64,000 nucleotides of DNA from Sedimenticolaceae bacterium (GCA_050304615.1 JBNLDW010000002.1:1630-65629); one strand, 5' to 3'; positions 16,449 through 26,249 are shown, numbered from the stretch's first letter. Numbers and translations are program-made. The notes: generated from the letters alone by a model not told the origin.

Positions 16449-18601
16449 GCCACTTCTCCTTGAGCTGCGCGTTGGTGAAAATGTAGCTTGGCATAGATGC
16501 CTCCTTGCTTAAGCAGTGCATCGTGATGGCCTTGTTCTACGATACGGCCTCTATCGACCACCAGAATCCGATTGGCATGCCTGATTGTTGAGAGGCGGTG
16601 AGCAATAATGAAGACTGTTCTACCGTTGCAGATAGCCTGCATGTTCCGCTGGATGATTCGTTCTGACTCATAATCTAGAGCGCTGGTGGCTTCATCGAAG
16701 ATCAAGATGCGTGGGTTATTGAGTAAAGCACGCGCAATGGCGATGCGTTGCTTCTGCCCGCCAGATAAGTTTTTGCCTTGCTCTTCGATTTTAGTGTCGT
16801 AGCCCTCGGGTAATTCGAGAATAAATTCATGGGCCCCCGCCAGTTTGGCGACGTGGATCACCCGATCAATAGGAATACCAGGATCAGTCAGGGCGATGTT
16901 TTCTTTGACGGAACGGCTAAAAAGGTAGTTCTCCTGCAACACCACGCCGACTTGTCTACGCAGCCATGCGGGTTGTACAAGAGATAGATCAACGCCATCA
17001 ATCAGAATGCGTCCGCTTTCAGGTACATAAAGGCGTTGTATCAACTTGGCTAGTGTGCTTTTACCTGAGCCGGAACGGCCCACGATACCAATCACTTCAC
17101 CTGGCTGGATGGCCAAGCTGATATTATTCAGTATTTGCGGTTGGTCAGGATGGTAGCGAAAACTAACATGTTCAAACTGCACATGTCCTTTTATACTGGG
17201 TAAGGTAGTGCGATTGGGATTGTGGCCCGGCTCAATGGGAGAATTGAGGATATCCCCTAATCGCTCGATTGAGATGCCTGCTTGTTGAAAATCCTGCCAT
17301 AGTTGAACTAATCTCAGAATTGGTCCGCTAACTCGGCCGGCGATCATGTTAAAGGCGATTAACTGGCCTACAGTTAGCTCTCCGGTAATTACTAGCTTGG
17401 CACCAAACCAGAGGATCAAAACAGTTACAACCTTATTGATGAATTGAGCAAACTGACTGGCCATATTGCCCAGATTTTGGCTGCGAAAAGAGGAGGAGAC
17501 ATAACCTGCCAATTGCTCCTCCCATTTGCGCTGCATCTGAGGCTCTACAGCCATTGACTTAAGCGTTTCCGCGCCTGCAACTGACTCAATTAGAAAGGCC
17601 TGGTTCTCTGCGCCACGTTTAAATTTTTCATCCAGGCGTTTTCTGAGAATCGGTGTAATAAAAGCCGATAACAGTACGTAGAAAGGGATCGAGGCCAAGA
17701 CGATCGTGAACAAGGTGGTACTGTAATAATACAGCACCGCAAAGAATACAAAGGTAAACAGGATATCAATTACCAGCGTCAGGGCTGAACCGGTAATAAA
17801 GCTACGGATGGTTTCCAGCTCGCGTACACGAGCAACAGTTGTACCCACTTGCCGCGACTGAAAGTAAGCGATAGGCAGATTGATCAAATGTTTAAAAAGA
17901 TTGCTGCCCAGTGAGACATCAATTCGGCTGGCTGTGTGAGAAAACAGATAGGTGCGCAAACCATTCAGCACCACATCAAATAGGGAGATTGTTAATAACC
18001 CAATGGCCAGCACATTCAGTGTGGTTAATCCACGGTGTACCAGAACCTTGTCAATGACTACCTGGAAGAAGAGTGGAGTAATGAGCGCAAATAGCTGTAT
18101 AAAAAATGAAGCCAGCAGTACTTCACCTAATAGTTTCTTATGCTTAATAATCGCAGGGATAAACCAGCTAACGTCAAATTTACCTGTCATGCCGGGTAAT
18201 ATCGAACGCTTGGTGACAAGGATTAATTCACCCGACCAGAGCTTCATCAGTTGCTCTATGGAAAGCGTGCGAGGGCGGTCGGCACCTGGCTCCTGGACTA
18301 ACACCTTCTCTTGCTGGGTATTATACTGAGCCAGTATAAAGTAGCGTCCATCTGTATCCTTAGCAATTGCCGGAAGGGTGATAGATTGTAGCTGCTCAGC
18401 GGTGCATTTGAGTGCTTTGGCTTTTAGCTTTAGATAGGTTGCAGCGCGAAGAATATCAGAGTCAGAGAAAGTTTTGCCGGATTGGCCAAATTGATGAACT
18501 AGGGCTTGGGGATCAGCAGCTATATGATGGAAGCGGGCTAACAACACCAAGGAGATACAACCTGTATCGATGCTTGTACTTCCTTGTTGAGAAAAGTCCA
18601 T
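16445..18601 (-). CDS. hlyB: T1SS ABC transporter (permease/ATPase) with N-terminal C39-like domain, HlyB family
   Basis: Walker A GRSGSGKST, signature LSGGQKQR, Walker B ILIFDEATS, a 6-TM domain, and an N-terminal ~130-aa C39-like region. Confidence 0.92.
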   Translation of the reverse strand: MDFSQQGSTSIDTGCISLVLLARFHHIAADPQALVHQFGQSGKTFSDSDILRAATYLKLKAKALKCTAEQLQSITLPAIAKDTDGRYFILAQYNTQQEKVLVQEPGADRPRTLSIEQLMKLWSGELILVTKRSILPGMTGKFDVSWFIPAIIKHKKLLGEVLLASFFIQLFALITPLFFQVVIDKVLVHRGLTTLNVLAIGLLTISLFDVVLNGLRTYLFSHTASRIDVSLGSNLFKHLINLPIAYFQSRQVGTTVARVRELETIRSFITGSALTLVIDILFTFVFFAVLYYYSTTLFTIVLASIPFYVLLSAFITPILRKRLDEKFKRGAENQAFLIESVAGAETLKSMAVEPQMQRKWEEQLAGYVSSSFRSQNLGNMASQFAQFINKVVTVLILWFGAKLVITGELTVGQLIAFNMIAGRVSGPILRLVQLWQDFQQAGISIERLGDILNSPIEPGHNPNRTTLPSIKGHVQFEHVSFRYHPDQPQILNNISLAIQPGEVIGIVGRSGSGKSTLAKLIQRLYVPESGRILIDGVDLSLVQPAWLRRQVGVVLQENYLFSRSVKENIALTDPGIPIDRVIHVAKLAGAHEFILELPEGYDTKIEEQGKNLSGGQKQRIAIARALLNNPRILIFDEATSALDYESERIIQRNMQAICNGRTVFIIAHRLSTIRHANRILVVDRGRIVEQGHHDALLKQGGIYAKLHFHQRAAQGEVA

Positions 18602-19082
18602 TTAGTACTCGTCCCATGCTATAAGTTATGCCTATTTCTGATACTGCCAATACAGCAATACCGAACTCTGATCGTAACAATCATAAAGACTGGGTGCAAA
18701 TAATTTTCACTGCTATTTATGAAAATGATCACCATCCACACCAATCTCTAGAAATTTCACCTCATACCGTTTCTCAATCACCAAACAGATCTCTGCCTCC
18801 CTCGCAAGCAGGGAAGGAGTTAATCAGAGGTTCCATAGCCTTTTAAATCCCACATCCCAACCCTCGGCTTTGGCCTCCTGCATCACCCTACCTCCCCCAT
18901 CCCTGGAGTTGTCTCCCAGAGCGAGAGTGGAATAAGTGGGACAGCAGTGACTCCCCATACTAACCCTCGGCACCTGCTCCTGCGTTGCTCTAGCGCCTAC
19001 ATACCTGTGGGCGTCCCCGCTAGCAAGCAGGGGAGTCTGAAACAGAGCAGCACAGCAACAGCCCTTATTACACCCAATACAC

Positions 19083-19091
19083 GGGGGGGGG
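19083..19091. repeat. G9 homopolymer tract
   Basis: Read directly: acgggggggggatac. Confidence 0.9.
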
Positions 19092-19124
19092 ATACAGATT
19101 AAGAGTTTAACCAGAAACCGGACT

Positions 19125-20462
19125 CTAACGCTGGAACTGCAGCCGCTGTCCGCGTGGCTCCGAATAGAGCTTCCCCTGCTGATACACTATATTCCCATTG
19201 ACTATAGTCGTATCTACCGTAGAGCGTAGCTGCTCCCCCTCCAGCGGTGACCAGCCACACTTGTAGAGTAGATCATCCCTCTCTACCAGCATGGGATCAT
19301 GCAGATTCACCAGTACCATATCTGCCCAATAACCCTCGCGCAGATAGCCACGATCGACGATATCAAAAAGCTTGGCAGGGGCATGACAAGCCCGCTCTAC
19401 CAGGGTCTCAAGGGATATGTGCTGGTCATGATAGAGCTCTAGCAACATCGGAAGTGCATGTTGCACCAGCGGCAATCCTGATGGGGCCTGGAAGTAACTG
19501 TTCTGCTTCTCTGCCCAGGTGTGGGGAGCATGATCGGTAGCCACCACATCGATGCGTCCATCTTTCAAGGCTTGGCGCAGAGTATCGCGATCAGTAGATG
19601 ACTTGATGGCTGGATTGCACTTGATGAGGGCCCCTTTGCGGTCATAATCTTCATCAGAATAATACAGATGGTGTACACACACCTCGGCGGTGATCATCTT
19701 CTCATCCAGCGGCTTGGCCTCGAAAAGGTCCATCTCCATGGCCGTGGTCAGATGCAACACATGCAGCCTAGTGCCATAGCGCTTGGCTAGCTCCACCGCA
19801 AATGATGATGATAGATAACACACCTCATCACTCCGAATGTGGGGGTGCATAGAGATAGGCACATCTTCTCCATACTTGGCCCGCGCCTCTTCTTCGTTAC
19901 GCTGTATGGCTGGTGAGTCCTCGCAGTGAGTAGCCACCAGAACCGGGGCATCACGGAATATCTGTTCTAGAACCTCTTCCTTGTCCACCAGCATATTTCC
20001 AGTAGAAGAGCCCATGAACACCTTGATCCCACATGCCTGTTTTGGATCAAGGGAACGAATTACATCTATGTTGTCGTTGGTGGCTCCCAGATAGAAGGCG
20101 TAATTGGCCATCGAACGTCCAGCTGCCATGGCATATTTATCTTCCAGTGCCTGCAGCGTAACCGTCTGTGGATTAGTGTTGGGCATATCCATAAAACTGG
20201 TGATGCCACCGGCGACTGCGGCCTGAGACTCGGTATGGATATCACCCTTATCGGTTGCCCCCGGCTCACGAAAGTGGACCTGATCATCGATCATGCCAGG
20301 CATAAGCAGCATGCCATTGGCATCCAGTACTGGGGTAGAGTTATTGACACTGATCGCTGGGGCAATCTGCTCAATCCTCCCATTACGCACCAACAGATCA
20401 CCATGCTTTATACAGCCGTCACTTACCATGTTGGCATGTTTAATCAGGATATCACTGTCCAT
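19125..20462 (-). CDS. Dihydroorotase-type cyclic amidohydrolase
   Basis: PGMIDDQVHFREPG metal-binding motif, ATDHAPH, 445 aa (class I DHOase/allantoinase-like). Confidence 0.7.
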   Translation of the reverse strand: MDSDILIKHANMVSDGCIKHGDLLVRNGRIEQIAPAISVNNSTPVLDANGMLLMPGMIDDQVHFREPGATDKGDIHTESQAAVAGGITSFMDMPNTNPQTVTLQALEDKYAMAAGRSMANYAFYLGATNDNIDVIRSLDPKQACGIKVFMGSSTGNMLVDKEEVLEQIFRDAPVLVATHCEDSPAIQRNEEEARAKYGEDVPISMHPHIRSDEVCYLSSSFAVELAKRYGTRLHVLHLTTAMEMDLFEAKPLDEKMITAEVCVHHLYYSDEDYDRKGALIKCNPAIKSSTDRDTLRQALKDGRIDVVATDHAPHTWAEKQNSYFQAPSGLPLVQHALPMLLELYHDQHISLETLVERACHAPAKLFDIVDRGYLREGYWADMVLVNLHDPMLVERDDLLYKCGWSPLEGEQLRSTVDTTIVNGNIVYQQGKLYSEPRGQRLQFQR

Positions 20463-21241
20463 CAGTCGTACTCCCGGTCTTTCCAGTTACGGATTGCGCG
20501 AAATATCTCGGCCCCGCTATGCAGACTATTACCAATGTAGCGTTCAGCGGCCGCGATGACCCCACTCTCACCACAACGCATAAAGGGATTGGTGTCCAAC
20601 TCCAGTTGTAATGTGGAGGGGACCGTCGGCTCACCCCGCGCACGCTGCCCCTGCGCATCCACCTCCCGCTGTAGCAGTGCCTGATTATCTGGCTCTACCC
20701 ATTTGGCAAAACCGATATTATCCAGCGTGTACTCATGGGCGCAGTAGAGCAAGGTGCCTGCTGGCAGGGCGGCAATCCGTTGGAGCGAATCATACAGCTG
20801 CTCATGGGTACCACTAAAGACCCGACCACAGCCGCAGGCAAACAGTGTATCGCCACAAAACAGGGCACCATCAGCCAGATAGGCCAGATGGCCCTCGGTA
20901 TGACCCGGCAGCTCCATTGTGGATAGGGATAGATCAAGTCCGGCAAGGTGGATAGACTCTCCATCATGCAGCTTCTTGGTGACCACCGAAATCTCCTCAT
21001 TGGCCGGCCCAAAGACCGTGACCTCTGGATATTCCGCCGCCAACTCTCGCACCCCGCCGGTATGATCGCCATGTTTGTGGGTCAACAGGATGGCCTCCAA
21101 CTCCAGCCCCTCCCGTCTTAGCAGCTCGAGTAGCGGCTCCTCATCCCCCGGATCCACTACCGCCACCCGCTTTACCCCGGGCCGACGCAGCAACCAGATA
21201 TAGTTATCATCGAATGCCGATATGGGGGTAATCTCCAACAT
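20462..21241 (-). CDS. gloB: Hydroxyacylglutathione hydrolase (glyoxalase II)
   Basis: DDNYIWLL, THKHGDHTGG and the C-terminal HAGH region. Confidence 0.9.
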   Translation of the reverse strand: MLEITPISAFDDNYIWLLRRPGVKRVAVVDPGDEEPLLELLRREGLELEAILLTHKHGDHTGGVRELAAEYPEVTVFGPANEEISVVTKKLHDGESIHLAGLDLSLSTMELPGHTEGHLAYLADGALFCGDTLFACGCGRVFSGTHEQLYDSLQRIAALPAGTLLYCAHEYTLDNIGFAKWVEPDNQALLQREVDAQGQRARGEPTVPSTLQLELDTNPFMRCGESGVIAAAERYIGNSLHSGAEIFRAIRNWKDREYD

Positions 21242-21243
21242 GT

Positions 21244-21675
21244 CTATTTTCCGTACAGCTCCTTGGGATCGATCAGAGGATCACTGATAACCTCTAGACG
21301 GAGACCGCGCACCGCGCTATAGAAACAGCTCCGCCGCCCGGTGTGACATGCCGGACCAGTCTGATCCACCAGTAGAAGCAAGGTATCTCCATCACAGTCC
21401 ACACGGAGTTCCTGCAGCTGCTGCACCTGCCCGGATGACTCTCCCTTGCGCCACAACTTCTGGCGTGAGCGCGACCAATAACAGACCCGGCCGGTCTCTA
21501 AAGTCTCCTCCAGCGCTATTCGGTTCATCCAGGCCATCATCAGGACTTCGCCCGTATCGTGCTGCTGGGCGATGGCCGGGAGCAGACCATCGGCATTAAA
21601 TGGCAGGCTCTCCACCGCCTTACTCCACGCCACAGACTCGCCACTAGCCAGACCTTCAATCTTCTTCCACATCAT
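21244..21675 (-). CDS. hisI: Phosphoribosyl-AMP cyclohydrolase
   Basis: LLPAIAQQ..TGEVLMMAWMN..AL..T...G...YWSRSR..LW.KGE.SG, C..D..L. Start uncertain: 21675/21672, or the ORF-track 21726. Confidence 0.85.
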   Translation of the reverse strand: MMWKKIEGLASGESVAWSKAVESLPFNADGLLPAIAQQHDTGEVLMMAWMNRIALEETLETGRVCYWSRSRQKLWRKGESSGQVQQLQELRVDCDGDTLLLLVDQTGPACHTGRRSCFYSAVRGLRLEVISDPLIDPKELYGK

Positions 21676-21754
21676 TAAGACTCCTAATCTGCGATGCCCC
21701 AATGATACCACCCTTCCTGTAGTCACCAGAGGAACAGAGTGAGATAATTAGCGA

Positions 21755-22315
21755 ATGAATATTAAACTGCTCTATTCCCTGCTTTTTCTTACTCTGTTGA
21801 GCGGCTGTGGTTCCGATGAGGAGCCGCTGGCCGAACCGGGCGAGCCACCACTTGTTATTGCCGCCGATCTAGGAGATTTGGCCCAACTGGAGTCACTGCT
21901 GGCCACCCAGCAAGATTTAGATGTGCGCGATAGCTGTCAGTGGACTCCACTTATGAAGGCGGCCGTTAACGGCCACACTGCAGTAGCACGAAAACTGCTG
22001 GCCGCAGGGGCCACCACCGGACTGGGGGACAAGGGTGGATACACCGCCATGATGCTGGCCGCATCAAATAACCATGCCGATATTGTAGAACTGCTGCTGC
22101 AACACGGCAGCGACATAAACCACATAGAATCTACCGAGGGTTTCAGCGCCCTAATCTGGGCGGCGCAACGGGGCCACCTAGAGACGGTAGAGGTACTTCT
22201 AAGACACAACGCAAATCGACAATTGCGCGATCATAAAGGGAGGAGCGCCCTCGACTGGGCAAGTCAAAACAACCATCAAAGAGTTATCCAGCTTCTATCG
22301 GGCGACTCTCCATGA
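21755..22315 (+). CDS. Ankyrin-repeat lipoprotein
   Basis: Lipobox LLSGC at residues 14-18, then about four ANK repeats (TPLMKAAVNGH, TAMMLAASNNH, SALIWAAQRGH, SALDWASQNNH). Confidence 0.8.
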   Translation: MNIKLLYSLLFLTLLSGCGSDEEPLAEPGEPPLVIAADLGDLAQLESLLATQQDLDVRDSCQWTPLMKAAVNGHTAVARKLLAAGATTGLGDKGGYTAMMLAASNNHADIVELLLQHGSDINHIESTEGFSALIWAAQRGHLETVEVLLRHNANRQLRDHKGRSALDWASQNNHQRVIQLLSGDSP

Positions 22316-22400
22316 AATATCTGCAGGGTTTCTCCAACAGAAGATCTCGATAGTTACAAATATCGAGAAAAACGCGGTAAGGCAGAGCCGCGAATATTGC

Positions 22401-22692
22401 TATAAAGCCCATTGCTGTCCCACAAACCTTTATTTCAACGCTAAGGCGCAGAGACGCGAAGAACGCAAAGGTTATAACTGTTTGAATACAAGCTAGTATT
22501 TCTTAGCGACCATTGCGCCTTGGCGTCTTCGCCTAAAGGGAAGTAGGCGAGTGGCGTGAGCATGGAGCGGAAGCTTTACGTTAAATAATGCGAATCCATG
22601 TTCCCGCCTCAATGGTTACGGTCGTATGCTCGAGTTTTCAAGCAGTTATCCGCTAAATTTGCATATCTTATGGGACAGCAGTGTATAAAGCC
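22401..22692. mobile_element. MITE-like element with ~12-bp terminal inverted repeats, flanked by direct repeat tataaagccc
   Basis: Left end is tataaagccc|attgctgtccca. Right end is tgggacagcagt|g|tataaagccc. Confidence 0.5.
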
Positions 22693-22774
22693 CGCAAATT
22701 ATTTTGAATATATTCGTAAATATTTGCGGTTTTTTGCGTCCATTTGCGGCTAAATAGTATACAGCCGTATCTGC

Positions 22775-24124
22775 TCAATCCCCTGAAGGGTTATCCCTGA
22801 AATACTCCCTGGTCAGCTTAAATACCACCGGGCTAAGTAACAACAGCGCTATCAGGTTGGGCAATGCCATCAAGGCATTCAGGGTGTCGGCTACCAACCA
22901 GGTAAATTTTAGATTGGCGGTAGCTCCGATCGGTATTGCCATGATCCAGAACAGCCGAAACGGCATGATCGAGCGTACCCCGAACAGATACTCCACGCAC
23001 TTCTCTCCATAGAAACTCCAACCCAATAGGGTGGTAAAGGCGAACAGGGCCAGACCTACGGTGACCACATGGCCGCCTGCACCAGGTAACGCACTCTCGA
23101 AGGCGAGACGCGATAACGAGGCACCGGTCTCGCCACTGTTCCAGACACCGGTAACTATAATAACCAGGCCGGTGATGCTACAGACGATGATGGTATCGAT
23201 AAAGGTCCCGAGCATCGCCACCGTTCCCTGACGCACCGGGTTGTCGGTCTCAGCAGCCGCATGGGCGATGGGGGCACTACCAAGCCCCGCCTCGTTGGAG
23301 AAGATGCCGCGCGCCACACCCCACTGAATGGCAAGCAGCACCCCCGCCCCGGCGAAGCCGCCTGTGGCCGCTGTCGGGGTAAAGGCGTGCTTTACAATCA
23401 GTGCAATGGCAGCCGGAATCTCGGCCGCATGTAGCAGCAACACCAACAGGCCACCGCCTATGTAGGCCGCCGCCATCAGGGGTACCAGCTTGCCGGCCAC
23501 CTCAGCGATGCGGCGGATACCACCGATCAGCACCAGCCCCACCAATACCGCCATGACCATACCGGTCACCAAGGTAGGTAACGAAAAGTTGGAGTTAAGG
23601 GCGTCCGCTACGGAATTGGCCTGTACCGTATTGCCGATACCGAACCCGGCCAACGCCCCAAAGATCGCGAACACGGTGCCGAGCCAGGCCCAACTCTTGC
23701 CCAGACCGTTCTTGATATAGAACATGGGGCCGCCGATATGGTTGCCCTCTTCGTCCAGCTCGCGGTATTTCACCGCCAGCACCGCCTCCGCGTACTTGGT
23801 GGCCATACCAACTAGGGCGGTACACCACATCCAGAACAGCGCACCCGGTCCACCCCAGAAGATAGCAGTGGCAACCCCGGCGATATTACCGGTACCTATG
23901 GTAGCGGAGAGCGATGTCATCAAGGCATTAAAGGGGGTGATATCGCCCTCGCCTACCCCATGGCGACCCCGCCACAACATACGGAAACCATAAACCAGAC
24001 GGGCCAGCGGCATCAGCCGCAGCCCTATCATCAGGAACAATCCAGTACCGAGGATAAGCACCAGCATTGCCGGGCCCCATACCACACCATTGAGCTGTTT
24101 TATGAGTTCGGTCAAGGTCTCCAT
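22775..24124 (-). CDS. Sodium:alanine symporter family (AGCS) transporter
   Basis: N-terminus ...LNGVVWGP.ML.L.LGTGL..., F.A....LS.T.GTGNI.GVA.AI..GGPGA.FWMW. Confidence 0.88.
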   Translation of the reverse strand: METLTELIKQLNGVVWGPAMLVLILGTGLFLMIGLRLMPLARLVYGFRMLWRGRHGVGEGDITPFNALMTSLSATIGTGNIAGVATAIFWGGPGALFWMWCTALVGMATKYAEAVLAVKYRELDEEGNHIGGPMFYIKNGLGKSWAWLGTVFAIFGALAGFGIGNTVQANSVADALNSNFSLPTLVTGMVMAVLVGLVLIGGIRRIAEVAGKLVPLMAAAYIGGGLLVLLLHAAEIPAAIALIVKHAFTPTAATGGFAGAGVLLAIQWGVARGIFSNEAGLGSAPIAHAAAETDNPVRQGTVAMLGTFIDTIIVCSITGLVIIVTGVWNSGETGASLSRLAFESALPGAGGHVVTVGLALFAFTTLLGWSFYGEKCVEYLFGVRSIMPFRLFWIMAIPIGATANLKFTWLVADTLNALMALPNLIALLLLSPVVFKLTREYFRDNPSGD

Positions 24125-24196
24125 AAATCTCTCCGCTATCTACAGTGGAACCTCCGATTAGATCGGTGGTTCGTCATTATTATTTTTTAAACAGTG

Positions 24197-24877
24197 TTAC
24201 TTCTTGCTGCTAGAGATCAACTCTACCTCAAATACCAGGGTCTGGTTAGGAGCGATTGCTGGTGGCGCACCCCGTGCCCCGTAGGCCATGGCTGAGGGGA
24301 TAAAGAGCTTCCACTTGGCCCCTGGACGCATCTTTGACAATGCCTCACTAAATCCAGGGATCACCCCCTCCAGATTAAAGGTCGCAGGCTGGCCACGACT
24401 ATAAGAGCTATCAAACTCTGTACCGTCAAGCAGCGTCCCTCGATAGTGGACGGTGACATCGGCGCCCGCCTTGGGTAGATCCCCTTTCCCCGCCTGCATC
24501 TCTATGTATTGCAGACCACTCTCAAGCTCTACCACGCCCGGCTTGCCTTTGTTCTCCACCAAAAACTTCTGCTCCTGCTCAAGGGCACTTTGGGCCTGCT
24601 TTGCATGCGCCGTGGCAATAAGCGTCTTACCCTCATCTATCGCCTTGGACATCTCATCCATGCTCAACTGTGGCTGCTTCTTCTTTGCCATATCATCAAT
24701 TGCCGCCAACAGCGCCGCCGTGTCGATCTTTATAGGCTGCGCCTCCATCTGCTTGGCGAATATATAGCCAGTGGCATAACTAAACCGCTGTTCTGCGGTC
24801 TTTAACTCTACGCCATGGGCAGTAATGGCGGCCAACAAACCCACCAACAAGAGGGTGAAACGGAGTGGTTTCAGCAT
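24197..24877 (-). CDS. Periplasmic FKBP-type peptidyl-prolyl isomerase (FkpA/Mip-like)
   Basis: Signal peptide, N-terminal helical dimerisation region, and a C-terminal FKBP domain (VHYRGTLLDGTEFDSSY...IPGFSEAL..M..G.KW.L.IP...AYG). Confidence 0.88.
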   Translation of the reverse strand: MLKPLRFTLLLVGLLAAITAHGVELKTAEQRFSYATGYIFAKQMEAQPIKIDTAALLAAIDDMAKKKQPQLSMDEMSKAIDEGKTLIATAHAKQAQSALEQEQKFLVENKGKPGVVELESGLQYIEMQAGKGDLPKAGADVTVHYRGTLLDGTEFDSSYSRGQPATFNLEGVIPGFSEALSKMRPGAKWKLFIPSAMAYGARGAPPAIAPNQTLVFEVELISSSKK

Positions 24878-25065
24878 AACTATTTCCTTTGAGTTGTCGT
24901 CTGTTGTCGCCCAATTTGAGCGGCATTGAGTACCCTAACTACTCATCCGTGAGAACACAATTCCTATATGGCGTCAAAATTAGCCAGCTAGTCACATTTC
25001 TGACGCTTTCGCCTTGGATTTATCCAGAATCAGGCCTACTATTCAGATATAAGAGGCAAAATGCA

Positions 25066-25302
25066 ATGATCGATTCAGTAACATCTTCTGCACTGCAAGG
25101 CATCCGGAGAGGATACCAGGGTATCCGCCGTAGTGCGGCAGAGATAGCCAGTGCAGGTCAGATGCAGGGCACCGCCTCCAGCAGAGACCTAACCCGCTCC
25201 CTGATAGAGATGAAGCAGTACAGCCTGCACACCAAGGCCTCAGTAAAGGTATTGCAGACCTCTAGCGATCTACTTGGAACCCTGCTCGACGTGAAGGCTT
25301 GA
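25066..25302 (+). CDS. Small hypothetical protein (78 aa)
   Basis: The ATG at 25066 is preceded by aagagg. The C-terminal ...KASVKVLQTSSDLLGTLLDVKA loosely resembles rod-protein C-terminal motifs. Confidence 0.4.
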   Translation: MIDSVTSSALQGIRRGYQGIRRSAAEIASAGQMQGTASSRDLTRSLIEMKQYSLHTKASVKVLQTSSDLLGTLLDVKA

Positions 25303-25362
25303 CAAGGGAACCCCCGACCGGCCTATTCCCGCTATTCTGCTCAACCCGGAACTGATCGTCTG

Positions 25363-26202
25363 CTATACAAATCGCATAGATAGATCGACTGCCGTCACGT
25401 TTTTTGTCAGGGCTCCCACCGAGATATCATCTACCCCGGTCTCGGCAATCTCCCTTACTCGTTGCAGTGAAACCCCGCCAGAGGCCTCCAGTCGCGCCCT
25501 GCCGCCATTTAATAGTACCGCCTCACGTAGTTGCTGGAGTGAGAAGTTATCCAATAAAATACGGCGTGCGCCCGCCTCTATCGCCTCCTCCATACCAGCC
25601 AGATCTTCGACCTCCACCTCGATCTCCAATTCTGGTGCATGCCGCATAGCCACCTCTACTGCCGCCTTGATAGAGCCGGCCGCCATAATGTGGTTCTCTT
25701 TGAGCAGGATGGCATCATATAGGCCGATGCGATGATTATGACAACCACCACAGGAAACCGCATACTTCTGCTGTAATCTGAGGCCAGATAGGGTCTTGCG
25801 AGTATCGAGAATACGTACCTTGGTACCCTCAACCGCCTTGGCATAGGCGCGTGCAGTGGTGGCCGTCCCGGAGAGTGTCTGCAGATAATTCAGGGCAGTT
25901 CGTTCGCCACTTAATAGCGCCCTGGTGTTACCATCTAGTTCGCAGATTACCTTGCCTGGCTCCACCTCTGCCCCATCCTGCACAAACCAGTTAATCTGAA
26001 TCGTGGGATCAAGCTGATGAAAGGTCTGATCAAACCAGACCTGTCCACAGATGACTGCCGCCTCCCGACACACCACCTGCACGGAAGATAGTTTATCTGC
26101 GGGAATCAGGATGGCAGTACGATCTCCTGGCCCAATATCCTCGGCCAGTGCCTGGCGCACCTGATCCTGGATTGTCTCTTTGCTCGGTAGTCTTGCTGCC
26201 AT
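25363..26202 (-). CDS. nadC: Nicotinate-nucleotide diphosphorylase (quinolinate phosphoribosyltransferase)
   Basis: Full-length NadC-like protein: ERTALN.LQ..SG.AT, DTRKT.PGLR...KYAV..GG..NHR.GL. Confidence 0.92.
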   Translation of the reverse strand: MAARLPSKETIQDQVRQALAEDIGPGDRTAILIPADKLSSVQVVCREAAVICGQVWFDQTFHQLDPTIQINWFVQDGAEVEPGKVICELDGNTRALLSGERTALNYLQTLSGTATTARAYAKAVEGTKVRILDTRKTLSGLRLQQKYAVSCGGCHNHRIGLYDAILLKENHIMAAGSIKAAVEVAMRHAPELEIEVEVEDLAGMEEAIEAGARRILLDNFSLQQLREAVLLNGGRARLEASGGVSLQRVREIAETGVDDISVGALTKNVTAVDLSMRFV

Positions 26203-26249
26203 CTGTCAAAGTATATTACTTGGAGAGCTTTGAATAAATTCGAGATCCC

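Noticed and set aside
18628-18846. 72-aa ORF in the T1SS upstream region
   Set aside because: No RBS, low-complexity composition, and it lies in a repeat-rich intergenic region.
9922-19124. Integrase, transposase or tRNA at the borders of the T1SS island
   Set aside because: None was found on either strand. Mobility of the island is therefore only inferred from composition and flanking repeats.
24889-25065. Upstream extension of the small ORF to 137 aa
   Set aside because: It starts only 12 nt from the divergent FKBP gene start and has no RBS. The internal ATG at 25066 has aagagg upstream.
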